Shown one piece after another: positions 24,692 through 36,779 of a DNA stretch of 64,000 nt; position 1 is the stretch's first letter, and each line of letters begins with the position of its first letter. The position numbers were made by a program, and so were the translations under genes. The notes beneath the pieces were generated by a model. The model was not told the origin of the DNA and made no database searches. It saw only the letters and a program-made list of their open reading frames with translations. The DNA is from Octopus sinensis (lineage: Eukaryota): assembly GCF_006345805.1 (NCBI RefSeq), contig NC_042997.1:116436001-116500000 (forward strand). Direction: 5' to 3'.

Positions 24692-24997
24692 TATACACAT
24701 AGAAAGTGTCTGAGAAAGTAAAGAAAGAAGAGAAAGAGAGCATGTGTGTGTGTGTAATGTATATATGATATTGTCCTAGTTAATGCATTTTCAAGTGAGA
24801 AACACCAATGTACATTAAACTTACATAACTGCCTCCACTTTGCATTTATTTATAAGTAGGGAAATTCACTTCTCAGAAGGCCAGATTGCTGAGACAATTT
24901 TGAAGTCACGGATATAAGTCACCAGAATAAATAGCAAACGAAGATGATTACTAAAGAATATCAATCATTTATCCTTTTTTTTTTTTTTTTTACTTAC

Positions 24998-25061
24998 TGT
25001 GTGATTGGCAAATTGAGATTCTAAGAAGGAAGATACGATCAATTCAGAAGAATTCTTTAGG
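24998..25061 (-). CDS. STK36: STK36 exon 6 in window (LKNSSELIVSSFLESQFANHT)
   Basis: Acceptor ttttcaatgttgcag|C, donor ACA|gtaagt; 64 nt, phase 2 to 0. Confidence 0.88.
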
Positions 25062-25289
25062 CTGCAACATTGAAAAGTAAAATACAATATTAGTGCAAAA
25101 ATGATTACAAAGAAATCAAATAAGCAGCTTCTAATGCAGCTGAAGCTAAAATGAAGAATGTTAATATTCATCATGTATATGGATCATCGCTGTCATCACC
25201 ATTGTCGTTGTTGTCATCATCATCATCATCTGGTAGTTCTTAAAATAAAGCATTTCTTCATTTTTGCATTCCAGTTTGTAAACGTAAAC

Positions 25290-25707
25290 ATGCCGGGCAA
25301 AATGCGGAGCCGTATTTCGACTGTCGTTACGTTCTGAATTCAAATTCTGCCGAGGTCAACTTTGCCTTTCATCCTCTCGGGGTCGATAAATTAAGTACCA
25401 GTTACGCACTGGGGTCGATGTAATCGACTTAATCCGTTTGTCTGTCCTTGTTTGTCCCCTCTGTGTTTAGCCCCTTGTGGGTAGTAAAGAAATAGGTATT
25501 TCGTCTGCCGTTACATTCTGAGTTCAAAGGGGCTAAACACAGAGGGGACAAACAAGGACAGACAAATGGATTAAGTCGATTACATCGACCCCCCAGTGCG
25601 TAACTGGTACTTAATTTATCGACCCCGATAGGATGAAAGGCAAAGTTGACCTTGGCAGAATTTGAACTCAGAACGTAACAGCAAATTCCATCGAGGTCGA
25701 CTTTGCC
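25290..25707. mobile_element. Rearranged SINE family C: sense unit, inverted unit, then sense stub
   Basis: 25326-25476 is the reverse complement of 25527-25679, and sense sequence resumes at about 25682. Confidence 0.9.
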
Positions 25708-26514
25708 ACACCTACACCTATTTATCTGTGTTTTGTAGGGATCTTAACACACAATATGTGGCAGTTTTCAAGATTTACATACCTTTCATTACAGTTTGTA
25801 TAATCTATATCTATTTATATACATGTATGTGTAAACACACACACACAAGCATGTTTTTAGCATTTAACACTCAATATATAACAGTCGTCAAGATTTAAAT
25901 AGGATTTTTCATTATCACTTCTAATGATCTAGATAATTAACCAATAATGATATAGACGTAAAGCTTTGATTATCAACAATGCTAGAGACTTAAAGCCTCC
26001 ACTAATTATCAATAAATGATATAGACTTAAGATTTTTGTTAATTAATTTCAGATGAAATACCATTAAATGTTAAATAATTTGAATTCCTAAATCAAAATA
26101 TACTCTCTCCTTCTATCATGCATGTTAATGAGATGCAATGGCTGTGAAGGTATTTGTTTCCCTTCATCAAGAATTGAAACCTTGTCACAGTCATTTATTG
26201 TGGTCTACAGCAAGAAGTATAATGTTGCTTTCACAAATACAGTGATGTTTATGCTATACTGATGAGCCCATAATAAAACCAAATCATGTCTGATATTATC
26301 TCCCTTGGTTACCTAAACAATTAAAACAACTATAGCCATTGGCCAATATTACATTTTTTTCACAACATAATCATTTCTTTTTTTTTTCTTTTTCAATGAT
26401 CACTGCATTAAATGTTGACACTAACTTTCTCATGCAGATGGTGCCTCTGAGTTATTCACTCTCTAAACAATTCTGTTTCTCTGTGCCAACTAATGTATAA
26501 TAAAACAAAATAAA

Positions 26515-26764
26515 TGTGCCCTTTTAAAGCCTAGCCAGGCTCATGGGCCCGGTTTCCCAGTTTCTATGGCATATGTGTTCCCCAGCTGGACGGGACACCA
26601 GTCTATTGCAGCATTACTCATTTTTGCCAGCTGAGTGAACTGGAGCAACGTGAAATGAAGTGTTTTGCTCAAGAATACAATGCATCGCCCGATCCAGGAA
26701 TCGAAACCACAATCTTACGATCATGGTGCTGACACACTAACCACTAAACCACGCGCCTCCACAA
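26515..26764 (-). mobile_element. SINE family D, CORE-like body variant
   Basis: tgtggaggcgcgtgg head, ttcttgagcaaaacacttcatttcacgttgctccag centre, gactggtgtcccgtccag block, tail ggctttaaaagggcacattt. Confidence 0.82.
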
Positions 26765-26964
26765 CTAATGTATAATCTTGTACATATTTACTCAGTGCTT
26801 CTATAAACATTACTCTGACAAATGTGGTGAAATAGATGCCTTACTGTTGAGGCTACAATAATGTCAAAACATATCCATATAATAGTAAATATTTACTGAT
26901 ATTGTTTGTTTTTCTCCTCACTTAAGTGTTTATAGTTAATTTCTTTGATGCTCTGTGCTTTAAA

Positions 26965-27173
26965 AATGATACTCTGGCCCCTGTGCCGGTGGCACGTAAA
27001 AAGCACCCGCTACACTCATGGAGTGGTTGGCATTAAGAAGGGCATCCAGTTGTAGAAACACTGCCAGATCAGACTGGAGCCTGGTGCAGCCCCCTGGCTT
27101 CCCAGACCCTGGTCAAACTGTCCAACCCATGCTAGCATGGAAAACGGACGTTAAACGATGATGATGATGATGA
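26965..27173 (+). mobile_element. RTE 3' end
   Basis: Conserved tail plus (GAT)n. Confidence 0.85.
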
Positions 27174-28203
27174 TTCCTAAAACCACCTGTGTATCTTGCT
27201 AAATGCAAATACATCACAGAAAGCCTAATTAAGTGTGGTATTTGTGCAAAGATAATACCTCTTATGGATTTCTTGTGTTTTAAAAAACACAAAAATATAT
27301 GTAAGTAGCAGATGAAAATTATCCAGCTTTGGCAGAGAATCCTAGATGCTCATTTCTGCCTCTGAGTTTTGTCAATAGCCTGGACTCATTGGCAGTTGCA
27401 GGCCAAGAAAAAAAGTCATCATCACTGATACAAGCAGAAATGTGTATCTAGCATTCTCACTGTCCACTGTTGGAGGGGTTTTGTCTGCTTTTGATGTAAT
27501 TTTGTTTTCTTTAAGAGAGGACATCATTATCATCATCTAGCATCCATTTTCCATTTTTCCATGCTGGTATGGATTTAGATGGTTTGACAAGAGCTGCACC
27601 AGATTCCATTGTGTGTTCTGGCCTAGTTTCTACATCTGGATGCCCTTCCTAATGCTAGTCACTCTACAGAATGTACTGGGTGTGGTTTATGTGGCACCAG
27701 CACAATCTGAATTTTTTTATGAAATGTAAATATTTTGAAATAATTATGAGAATACATTTTTATATTTAATGTATACTAATCTGAATAAGAACAACAGTAA
27801 CCTGGGTAACACCAAGTCATTCAGCTAGTACCCTAATAATAGTCTATTTTCTATTGTCAACATACAATGAAGGCTCATAATTCTCTTTAGAAAATTTCAG
27901 TCACCACCATTTCTTAATTCACACAGAATCTACATGTAGTGGATCTTGCATGCATGAAGTGGATTCGATCCACCATAGCGAAATTTAAATTACCACTGCA
28001 ACAGAACTTTTCCTACAGTGGAACAATGGTTTTTCTCTGACAGCAGTTTTACATTTTCCAGATACCTTTAACTAGGCCGAAATAATGTCTTCACCACTTG
28101 ATCCTTTCTAACTTCTTCTACTCCACCAAAAGCTACAATAGAGATAACAAGACCACCAACTAAATCTATTGTTCTCAATGATATATCTATCCTTCTGGAT
28201 CTT

Positions 28204-28240
28204 TATATAAGCAAGCACATCCCAAGCAAAAATCAGTTCG
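28204..28240 (+). promoter_or_regulatory. Candidate Pol II core promoter (TATA box + initiator) antisense to STK36
   Basis: TATATAAG at 28204-28211 and TCAGTT at 28233-28238. With A28235 as +1, the TATA starts at -31, the canonical spacing. Confidence 0.45.
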
Positions 28241-28418
28241 TCACAGTCGTGACGACTCAACGCAGTTGGTCACCTTGGTGACAAACTTGTGAGTTGAGAG
28301 AGAGCTAACATCAGTTGGTGAATCATGAAAGACAACGTCCCACACGCTCTCACTCTCACTAGCTCCAATTCTGTTCTCTTACAACATCATTCTATCTCTC
28401 TGTGTTTACTACTAAACA

Positions 28419-28490
28419 ATGAAGAGGACACAAACACAAACTTTACTTCGCATGCTTTTGGATGTATCAAAACGTGCCCGTCGAGGCAAG
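28419..28490 (+). CDS. Candidate first coding exon of an unknown nested small gene (MKRTQTQTLLRMLLDVSKRARRGK)
   Basis: AAACAATG start context, 24 codons, then AAG|gtattg donor, about 185 nt downstream of the TATA/Inr in non-repetitive DNA that retains CpG. No homologue recognised. Confidence 0.35.
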
Positions 28491-29989
28491 GTATTGTAAC
28501 GTAACAGTAAATAAATACTTTCTTAAAACTTCGTGCATTGTTCATCTTTCACATCTTACAACATGCAATCATAATAACTTTTTATCGTTGCAATTGCTGA
28601 CTACGACAATTCATAATATTGTGTACCAATCAATTTAAAACCATTACATACATGTTTTTATTGCTTCTTTATCCTATTAATACTCTCATGATCCTTGTTC
28701 AGCCAAAATATATTTCTTCTTCTCTCCCTCCTCAAGTGACTCATCATTCTACTACAACTCATCCTTTCACCATTCTCGTCTTCTCTATTTCAGGGGTTTC
28801 TACAAAGATAAGCTTTCTTTCGTCTTTCCCTTGTTTCAGCCATTAGACTGCAGCCAATGCTGGAGCACCACTTTCAAGAGTTTAATTAAACAAATTGGTC
28901 CTTCTACTTAAACAAAAATCTGGTATTTATTCTGTTGTTTTCTTTTTCTAGACTGCTAAGTTATGGGGGACATCACCAAACTAACATTGGTTGTCAAGCA
29001 TTGGTGGGGAGAGAAAACACAAGCACACACATACATATATACATGTTGGGTTTCCACGCAGTTTCCTTCTATGAAGAATTGTCCAAGGTCCTTCACCGTG
29101 GGGCTGAGCCCAAAAACCACACAGTTGCAACATAGGCTTCTGAACCCATACAACTATGTCATACAACTATGCCATACAACTTTCCCCATTCTTCTTTCCC
29201 TGATAGATAAAATATTAATTATTTTCAATATTGTATTGATAATTTCATGGTATCTTAGAGCAGTTTTTTTCTTTATCTTCTTTAGTTACCACCATCAAAC
29301 TCAGCAGATGTTAGAGGCCTGTTTCATTGCTTTATTGGAAGGGACTTCCAATCATAAAAAAAGGGTTAGTTACATCAAAACACATTCTGAGCTGCCACCG
29401 TATTTAAGATCAGGAATTAAAATTAGTCCGACATCTAATTGCTTTTTATTTCCTTGCTATGCGTCAAAATTCAAATTTTAATTGATTAAAATTATAAAAG
29501 TTGTCATCCCTTTGCTTTGATCAGATTTAATTAACATTCATAATGATGACTGAGCCAAAGCTTCCTTCTCAATGCAAAGGTAGTTTTAATTAATTAATGT
29601 TCTTTTTCATCACTATATCATACAAGTACTCAGCATTTGTGTTACATGCAGATGGCATCCCCAGGTAATTTCCCATAGCAAAGCAAACTACATCAGTAAT
29701 TAGCATTTAATGGTTATCAACAGGCTCCATGGGTGGATCAGGATTCAGAAAGACATACGGATGAGAAAATAACTGACCAAGTAATTAATGTGCCAAAAAA
29801 CTGAATTTTGCAAAAATTAGCATGCTTTAACCAGTTAGCATTCAAAGCAGCCAAATCTGGTCCAAACATTCTGTTTTATATTCAAACTGGTCATATCTGG
29901 CCTCTCGTACCTATCCTATAATGTCATTGTAAAAATATACAATCACATCACCTGACACAAGATCACCTCCTCCAATGCCCCCACCCCTC

Positions 29990-30325
29990 TCAAAGATTCT
30001 TTGTCATGCAAATACTTGGTGACCCTACTAGTGCTGGCACCATTTAAAAAGTACCCTGTCCATACTGTAAAGTGGGTGGCATTTGGAAGGGCATCCAGCT
30101 GTAAAAGCCATGCCAAAACTGACCTCGCCTGAACAGGTACCACATAATAAGCACTCTGTCCACTCTGTGGAGTGGATGGTGTTATGAAGGGCATCCAACT
30201 GTAAAAGCCATGCCAAAACAGATACAGAAGTATGGTGCAGGCTCCTACCTGGCCAGCTCCTGTCAAACCATCCCACCCATGCCAGCATGGAAAGAGGATA
30301 TTAAACGATGATGATGATGATGATA
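29990..30325 (+). mobile_element. RTE-related 3' end (variant with duplicated gaagggcatcc block)
   Basis: Related variants at about 32060-32340 (-) and about 57600-57990 (+). Confidence 0.7.
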
Positions 30326-30427
30326 ATGACATCAGTGAAATCTCAAAGCTACAAGATGATACGGTATTAATCCAAAATAATGTGAATAAATACGCATTTT
30401 CAGTTCTATATTTAAGAGATGAGGAAT

Positions 30428-30611
30428 TATGTACATTATTTACATTTGACAGATATTTGTCCTCATCTTGTTTGTTGTTAACACAACATTTCGGCTGATA
30501 TACCCTCCAGCCTTCTTCAGGTGTCTGATAAAGGTGTAGGGTGTATCAGCCGAAACGTGTTAACAATAAACAAGTTGAGGACAAATATCCATCAAATGTA
30601 AATAATGTAAA
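30428..30611. mobile_element. Head-to-head (palindromic) Penelope-like terminal-repeat unit
   Basis: About 70-bp inverted arms (30428-30497 and 30545-30611) around two overlapping hammerhead-like cores. Confidence 0.75.
30480..30525 (-). ncRNA. Minimal type I hammerhead ribozyme motif
   Basis: GACAC-CTGAAGA-A-GGCTG-GAGGGTATAT-CAGCC-GAAA-TGTT-GTGTT: stem I GACAC/GTGTT, CUGANGA core, stem II GGCUG/CAGCC, GAAA, and a vestigial stem III. Confidence 0.7.
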
Positions 30612-30929
30612 TAAAGTAAATATGCATTACATTTAACAAAGTGATCTGAAAGCTAAACTTTGAAACTCAGTACAATTTGGGAAGACAAATTTAACTTTTT
30701 TGCTACTAAATTTGACTCTTTTGTCACCCCAAATCTGTTGAAATGCACTGTCTTTATTTCATTTAATTTTGAAAAAGAATTTGGTGAAATAAGTGACGTG
30801 ATTACGGTAGGGTTTGGAACATAAATTGATGAAAAGTTTTAATTTAAATCACTTTATAACAGGAACTTTATATCATGCAACTAATACAGCCTACAAGAGT
30901 GCCAGGTATAAAATTTTGATAAATGTGTT

Positions 30930-31332
30930 TGACCGATGCCAGTGCCACCTGACTGGCATGTAAAAAGCACCGTTCGAGTGTGACAGGTGACAATTCTGCC
31001 TGACTGGCACCTGTGCCAGTGACACGTAAAAAGCACCATTTGAGCGTGGTCGATGCCAGTGCCGCCTGACTGGCACCCGAGTCGGTGGCATGTAAAATGT
31101 ATCATTCAAGCATGGTTGATGCCAGGCCCGCCTGACTGGCTCCTGTGCCGATGGCATGTAAAAAGCACCCACTACACTCTCACAGTGGTTGGCATTAGGA
31201 AGGGCATCCAGCTGTAGAAACCTTGCCAAATCAGATTGGAACCTAGTCCAGCCTCCTGGCTTGCCAGTCCTTGATCAAACCATCCAACCCTTGCCAGCAT
31301 AGAAAACGGATACTAAACGATGATGATGATGA
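30930..31332 (+). mobile_element. RTE 3' end
   Basis: Four tandem units plus tail. Confidence 0.82.
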
Positions 31333-31510
31333 GGTGTGGCTGTGTGGAAAGAAGTTTGCTTCCCAGCTACATGGTTTTGGGTTCAGTCCCTCTGCACGCT
31401 ACCTTGAACACATGTCTTCTACGATAGTCTCAGGATAACCAAAGCCTTATGAGTGGATCTGGTGGATAGAAACTGTAAAAAGCCTGCCGTATATATATAT
31501 ATACACTGTC

Positions 31511-31929
31511 TTTACTCTCTTTTACTTGTTTTAGTCATTTGACTTTGACCATGCTGGAGTACCGCCTTTGGTCAAGCAAATCGACCCCAGGACTGATTCT
31601 TTGTAAGCGTAGTACTTATTCTATCGGTCACTTTTGCCAAACTGCTAAGTTACGGGGACGTAAACACACCACATCGGTTGTCAAGCGATGTTGGGTGGAC
31701 AAACACAGACACACAAACCTATACACACACACACACATGTATGTATATACATATATACACACACACATATAGTGCAGGCTTCTTTCAGTTTCTATCTACC
31801 AAATCCACTCACAAGGCTTTGGTTGGCCCGAGGCTATAGTAGAAGACACTTGCTCAAGGTGCCACGTAGTGGGAATGAACCTGGAACCATGTGGTTGGTA
31901 AGCAAGCTACTTACCACACAGCCACTCCT
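31511..31929 (-). mobile_element. SINE family A
   Basis: Full-length reverse copy. Confidence 0.88.
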
Positions 31930-32482
31930 GCATGTATGTATGTGTCCTTGTGTCAGTGTTTGTCCTTCCACCTCTCCTTGACAACCAGTGTTAGTGTGTT
32001 TGCATCCCTGAAACTTAGTGGTTTGGCAAAAAGAGACTGATAGAATAAGTACATCATTATCATCATAAAACTCTGCCTTCCCTGCTGGCATGGGTGGGAT
32101 GGTTTGACAAGAGCTGGCCAGGCAGAAGCCTGCACCAGACTTCTCTAACTGTTTTGACAGGATTTTTACAGCTGGATGCCCATCCTAACACCAACCACTC
32201 AGCAGAGTGGACTTAGTGCTTTTTACGTGGCACAAGCACAGTTTTGGTAAGGTTTTTACAGCTGGATGCCCTTCCAAATGCCACCCATTTTACAGTGTGG
32301 ACTGGGTGGTACCTGTGCTGACAGGATTACCAAGTATTTGCAAGACAAAGTAAAAGAAAAGAAATAAGCTCTGCGGTTGATTTGTTTGACTAAAATTCTT
32401 CATGTTAGTGCCCTAGCATGGCCACAGTCTAATGACTGAAACAAGTAAAAGACACATACATGGTGATAATACAATAATAAAT

Positions 32483-32735
32483 AAATGCACCCTTTTAAAG
32501 CCTAGCCAAGCTCATGGGCCCGGTTTCCTGGTTTCTATGGTGTATGTGTTCCCCAGCTGGATGGGACACCAGTCCATCGTAGCGTTACTCATTTTTGCCA
32601 AATGAGTGAACTGGAGCAATGTGAAATGAAGTGTTTTGCTCAAGAACACAACACGTCGCCCATTCCAGGAATTGAAACCACAATCTTACGATCATGGTGC
32701 TGACACCCTAACCACTAAGCTACGTGCCTCCACAC
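32483..32735 (-). mobile_element. SINE family D, CORE-like body variant
   Basis: Close copy of 26515-26764. Confidence 0.82.
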
Positions 32736-33100
32736 ATGGTGATAATGGTATGTGTATATCAACATAGTGTACCGTCAGTTCAGTACAGATGTATGAAAGC
32801 AACACAAGCCACAGGACAAACCAAAGTCAAAGAAAAATCAATTTATTCAATACTGTGACTTTAACAAGCCTTAATTGTAAGCTGATGGTTTTAAAATGAG
32901 AAGCAAACCACAAGAAATGATGTGTGAGCTTCAACAATATTAAAATCTGAGCAATTAATTTTTGACAGTCAAGAGGTTCTTGGTATTTATTAATTTGCAG
33001 TTTTCAGGCATCGGATAAATATGGCCTCCTTAACATATAAGCCACACATTTTATAATAGATTTGCTCTTCGTTGCTGTTTACTTCGCGTTCTCATTTCAG

Positions 33101-33264
33101 ATTTTTCAGACCATGATTACGTTACTCATGAAGTGAAAATATTGAATAAATATATTTGTCTCCAGCTTTTCATGCTCAAGTGGCTTTTATTACTTTCCTA
33201 TTTCTATCTTCTGTATATCAACAATGTGGCAACAATAAAAGTCAACACACATGTATACAAGTGA
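33101..33264 (+). other. Candidate terminal exon region for the nested gene (acceptor 33101 gives IFQTMITLLMK*; acceptor 33166 gives LFMLKWLLLLSYFYLLYINNVATIKVNTHVYK*)
   Basis: Long pyrimidine tract tttgctcttcgttgctgtttacttcgcgttctcatttcag; AATAAA at 33145 and 33234. The link to exon 28419-28490 is inferred only. Confidence 0.2.
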
Positions 33265-33322
33265 CAATATATATTCTTATATATGCATTTATGTGTGTGT
33301 GTGTGGATATTATATATATATA

Positions 33323-33745
33323 TCATCATCATCATCATTTAACGTCTGTTTTCTGTGCTAGCACAGGTTGGATGGTTCGACCAGGGCCTGGGAAGCCAGG
33401 GAGCTGCACTAGGCTTCAGTCTGATCTGGCAGTGTTTCTACAGCTGGATGCCCTTCCTAATGCCAACCACCCTGAGAGTGTAATGGATGCTTTTTACATG
33501 CCACTGGTACAGGTGCCAGGGGAGGCTGGCAGTGGCCACAATCAGTTAGTGCTTTTTACATACCACTGGCACAGAAGCCAGTCAAGGTGGCACTGGCATC
33601 GGTCACGTTCGGATGGTGCTTTTTACGTACCAGCAGCACGGGTATCAAAACTACAATTTCCATTTGATTTTCATTTTGACGTTGATGTACTTGACTCAAT
33701 AGGTCTCCTCAAGCACAGTAGGTTGCCCTACGATCCAAGGTAAGC
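33323..33745 (-). mobile_element. RTE 3' end
   Basis: Tail, three units and part of the unique 3' UTR. Confidence 0.85.
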
Positions 33746-33791
33746 ACAGCCAGGCCGTCCTGCAATCCAAGGTACTTTGGATGCTCTGGAG

Positions 33792-33829
<38 letters not shown>

Positions 33830-35679
33830 GTTTCAGTCATTGGACTGCAGCCATACTGGGGCACCATATTGAAAAACATTGTATTAGGTTCCTTTGCTGA
33901 ACCACTCAGTTATAGGGATGTAGACAAACCAACAACTGTGAGTTAGAAACACAAACTCACAAATGTTTATAACAGGCTTCTTTTACTTTCTGTCTACCAT
34001 ATCCCCTTACAAGGTTTTGTTTGGTCTGAAGCTATATTAGAAGACACTTGCCCAAGGTGCCATGTTATAGGACTGAACCCTGAACCATGTGGTTGGGGAC
34101 CAAGCTTCTTACCGCACAGCCACACCTGTTCCTCTATCTTGGTAACACTAAAACTCTAGGGATGTTTGTGTGTAACTGAAATATCACAGAAATAGTATAT
34201 TTTATCTTTTTTTCACATATTTATTTTCATACTTACCTTTGGCAGTGCAGTACAAATTTTTGTGAGATTTGGACCTCTATTTAAACAATTAAACAATTTT
34301 TGTTATTTCTTGATGAAAAAGTACATGGCTTTCATGATTTTAACAAACACAAACACATACTGGATACACACACATATAATGAATGTCATGGCATGTCAAT
34401 CAACAAAAACACACATCCACTATATGTGACATACACACACACATAGTCTTCGCTTTTCACCCTTTCTCATCACTCCACCTAGACTCTTCACACCCTCTTT
34501 CTTCTATTCTGCTTCAGTTATGATAACCACTTTAGGGCCTGAGTCATGCAAGTTGCAGAGTGGCCTCACAAGTGCCAGTGCCAAGAAAAAGATCCAGCTC
34601 ACTCTGTAAATTGGTTACCACCAAGAAGAGCAACCAGCCATAGAAAGCATGCTAAAGCAGACATTGGAGCGCAGCGTGGTTCTTAGCATGGCTTACACTA
34701 TTGAAATTTCTAATCCATGCCAGTATGGAAAATGGACATTAAATGATGATGAAGAGGAGGAGGGGGAGGGGAGAATTGTGTGTGTCTGTGCCCTTGAGAG
34801 TGTCTGTGTGTTTACCACTTGTCTTGATGTTTGCATTCAGCTCACTGTTTATACAAAGGTGTCATTGTTTATGATCTGTCACGAAAACATGTCTAGCATT
34901 GAGCTGTTCATTGTTCGAAAGACCACCAGTAAAAATCTCTCACTTGGAAATGGGTGAAGGTCAGTGACAAGCAGAGCATCAAGCCATAGAGAAGTACTGC
35001 TTTGATAGGTTTTCTTTTGACCAATGCCAGCACGGAGAAGTGGACATCAAAACGATGATGAATGAAAATACAAGTTCTGCTTCAGCTTTTTATAGGATGC
35101 AATTCAACAAAGGCATCTTCCAGTGAAACTCACACAAAAGTAAATATATTGACTCATATGTTGCATATCTGAAGCATATATTTCTCCAAATATCTTATAA
35201 CAAAACAGTAAAATTTTTTGTTGTCCTCCTTCCTTCTTCATCTAATAGCAACATCTCTTCTTTAACAAAGGTATAAATATTCAATTATTTAAGTTTGTGC
35301 ACCAATGACTAAAAACAAATTTGAAGGCTGGTTTTTTTTTTCTCCTTCTTATTTCCAATATTTATCTACATCAGCAGAAATGATAGATTCAATGAGAACA
35401 GTTTTATTTACCGTATCAATATTTGAAATATTTTCACCAGAAGGTGGATATTATTCTGGTTTTCTTTATCAATAATATTCTCACTGTGTTTATGTCAGTG
35501 AGATAATGTGTGTATGCTCGTGGCGGTATCTATGAGAGTGTTTGTAGGTTTGAGTCAGCGTGTGTCCAGGTGAGTGAGTAAATGTGAATGAGTGTGCACG
35601 AGTGAAGGTCTATGTATGTGTGTGGGGGGGGGTGTTTTCCACCTGCCTTCGTCTTTTGTCTATTTTCATAAAGCTTCCC

Positions 35680-35850
35680 GTTATATATATATATACACAC
35701 ACATACATACATATCCATATATACATACATATATATACACACACACACACACACACATATATATACATACATATATTTACACACACACACATATATAAAT
35801 ATACATACGTATATACACACACACATATATATATATACATACATATATTT

Positions 35851-35881
<31 letters not shown>

Positions 35882-35985
35882 CATACATATATACATACAT
35901 ATATATATATATATACATACATATAAACATACATATGCATATCTATATACATGTAAACATACATATACATACATATATATACACG
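35680..35985. repeat. Degenerate (TA/CA/CATA)n microsatellite
   Basis: Direct reading. Confidence 0.95.
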
Positions 35986-36189
35986 TGCGGGCATGGCCGT
36001 GTGGTTAGGGAGCTTGCTTCCTAGCTATATGTTTTCGGGTTCAGTCCCACTGCGTGGCACTTTGGGTAGGTGTCTTCTACTATAGCCCCTAGCTGACTGG
36101 AGCTTTGTGATTGAATTCGGTAGGTGGAAGTTACTGCCGTGTGTGTACATGTGCGTGTAGGTGCTTGTGCCTCTCCCAAAGAGAGAGAG

Positions 36190-36365
36190 GGAATGCATAT
36201 ATATATATGTACATGCATATATATACATACCTATATATACATAAATAAATATATACATACATCCATCCATATATACATACATATATACATACATACATCC
36301 ATCCATACATACACATATATACACATATATACATACATATATACATACATACATATATACATACA

Positions 36366-36397
<32 letters not shown>

Positions 36398-36715
36398 CAC
36401 ACATATATACATATATATACACACATATATACATATATACATACATACACATATACACACACACACATATATACATATACACACATATAAACATATACAC
36501 ACATATATACATACATATATATACACACATATATACACACATATATATGCACACACACACACACACATATATATATATACACACATATATACATAAATAT
36601 ATACATACACATATGCATACACACACACATATATACATACACATATATATACATATATATACACATGTATACATACATATACACACACACACATAGAGAG
36701 AGAGAGAGAGAGAGA
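36190..36715. repeat. Degenerate (TA/CA/CATA)n-(GA)n microsatellite
   Basis: Direct reading. Confidence 0.95.
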
Positions 36716-36779
36716 TTAAAATGTATCTACTTCTGTCTGTTCAATGTTCTCTTTTATCAAATTTTTGCAACCTAGACAC

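Noticed and set aside
34237-34276. 40-nt minus-strand segment with a strong gtaagt donor (GPNLTKICTALPK)
   Set aside because: No pyrimidine tract at the acceptor, it would frameshift STK36, and the exon chain is complete without it. At most a cryptic or poison exon.
35530-36696. Many long ORFs rich in Y/I/C/V/M/H/T (also 6589-6864, 45880-46598 and SINE-internal ORFs)
   Set aside because: Translations of TA/CA/CATA microsatellites, which lack stop codons in several frames.
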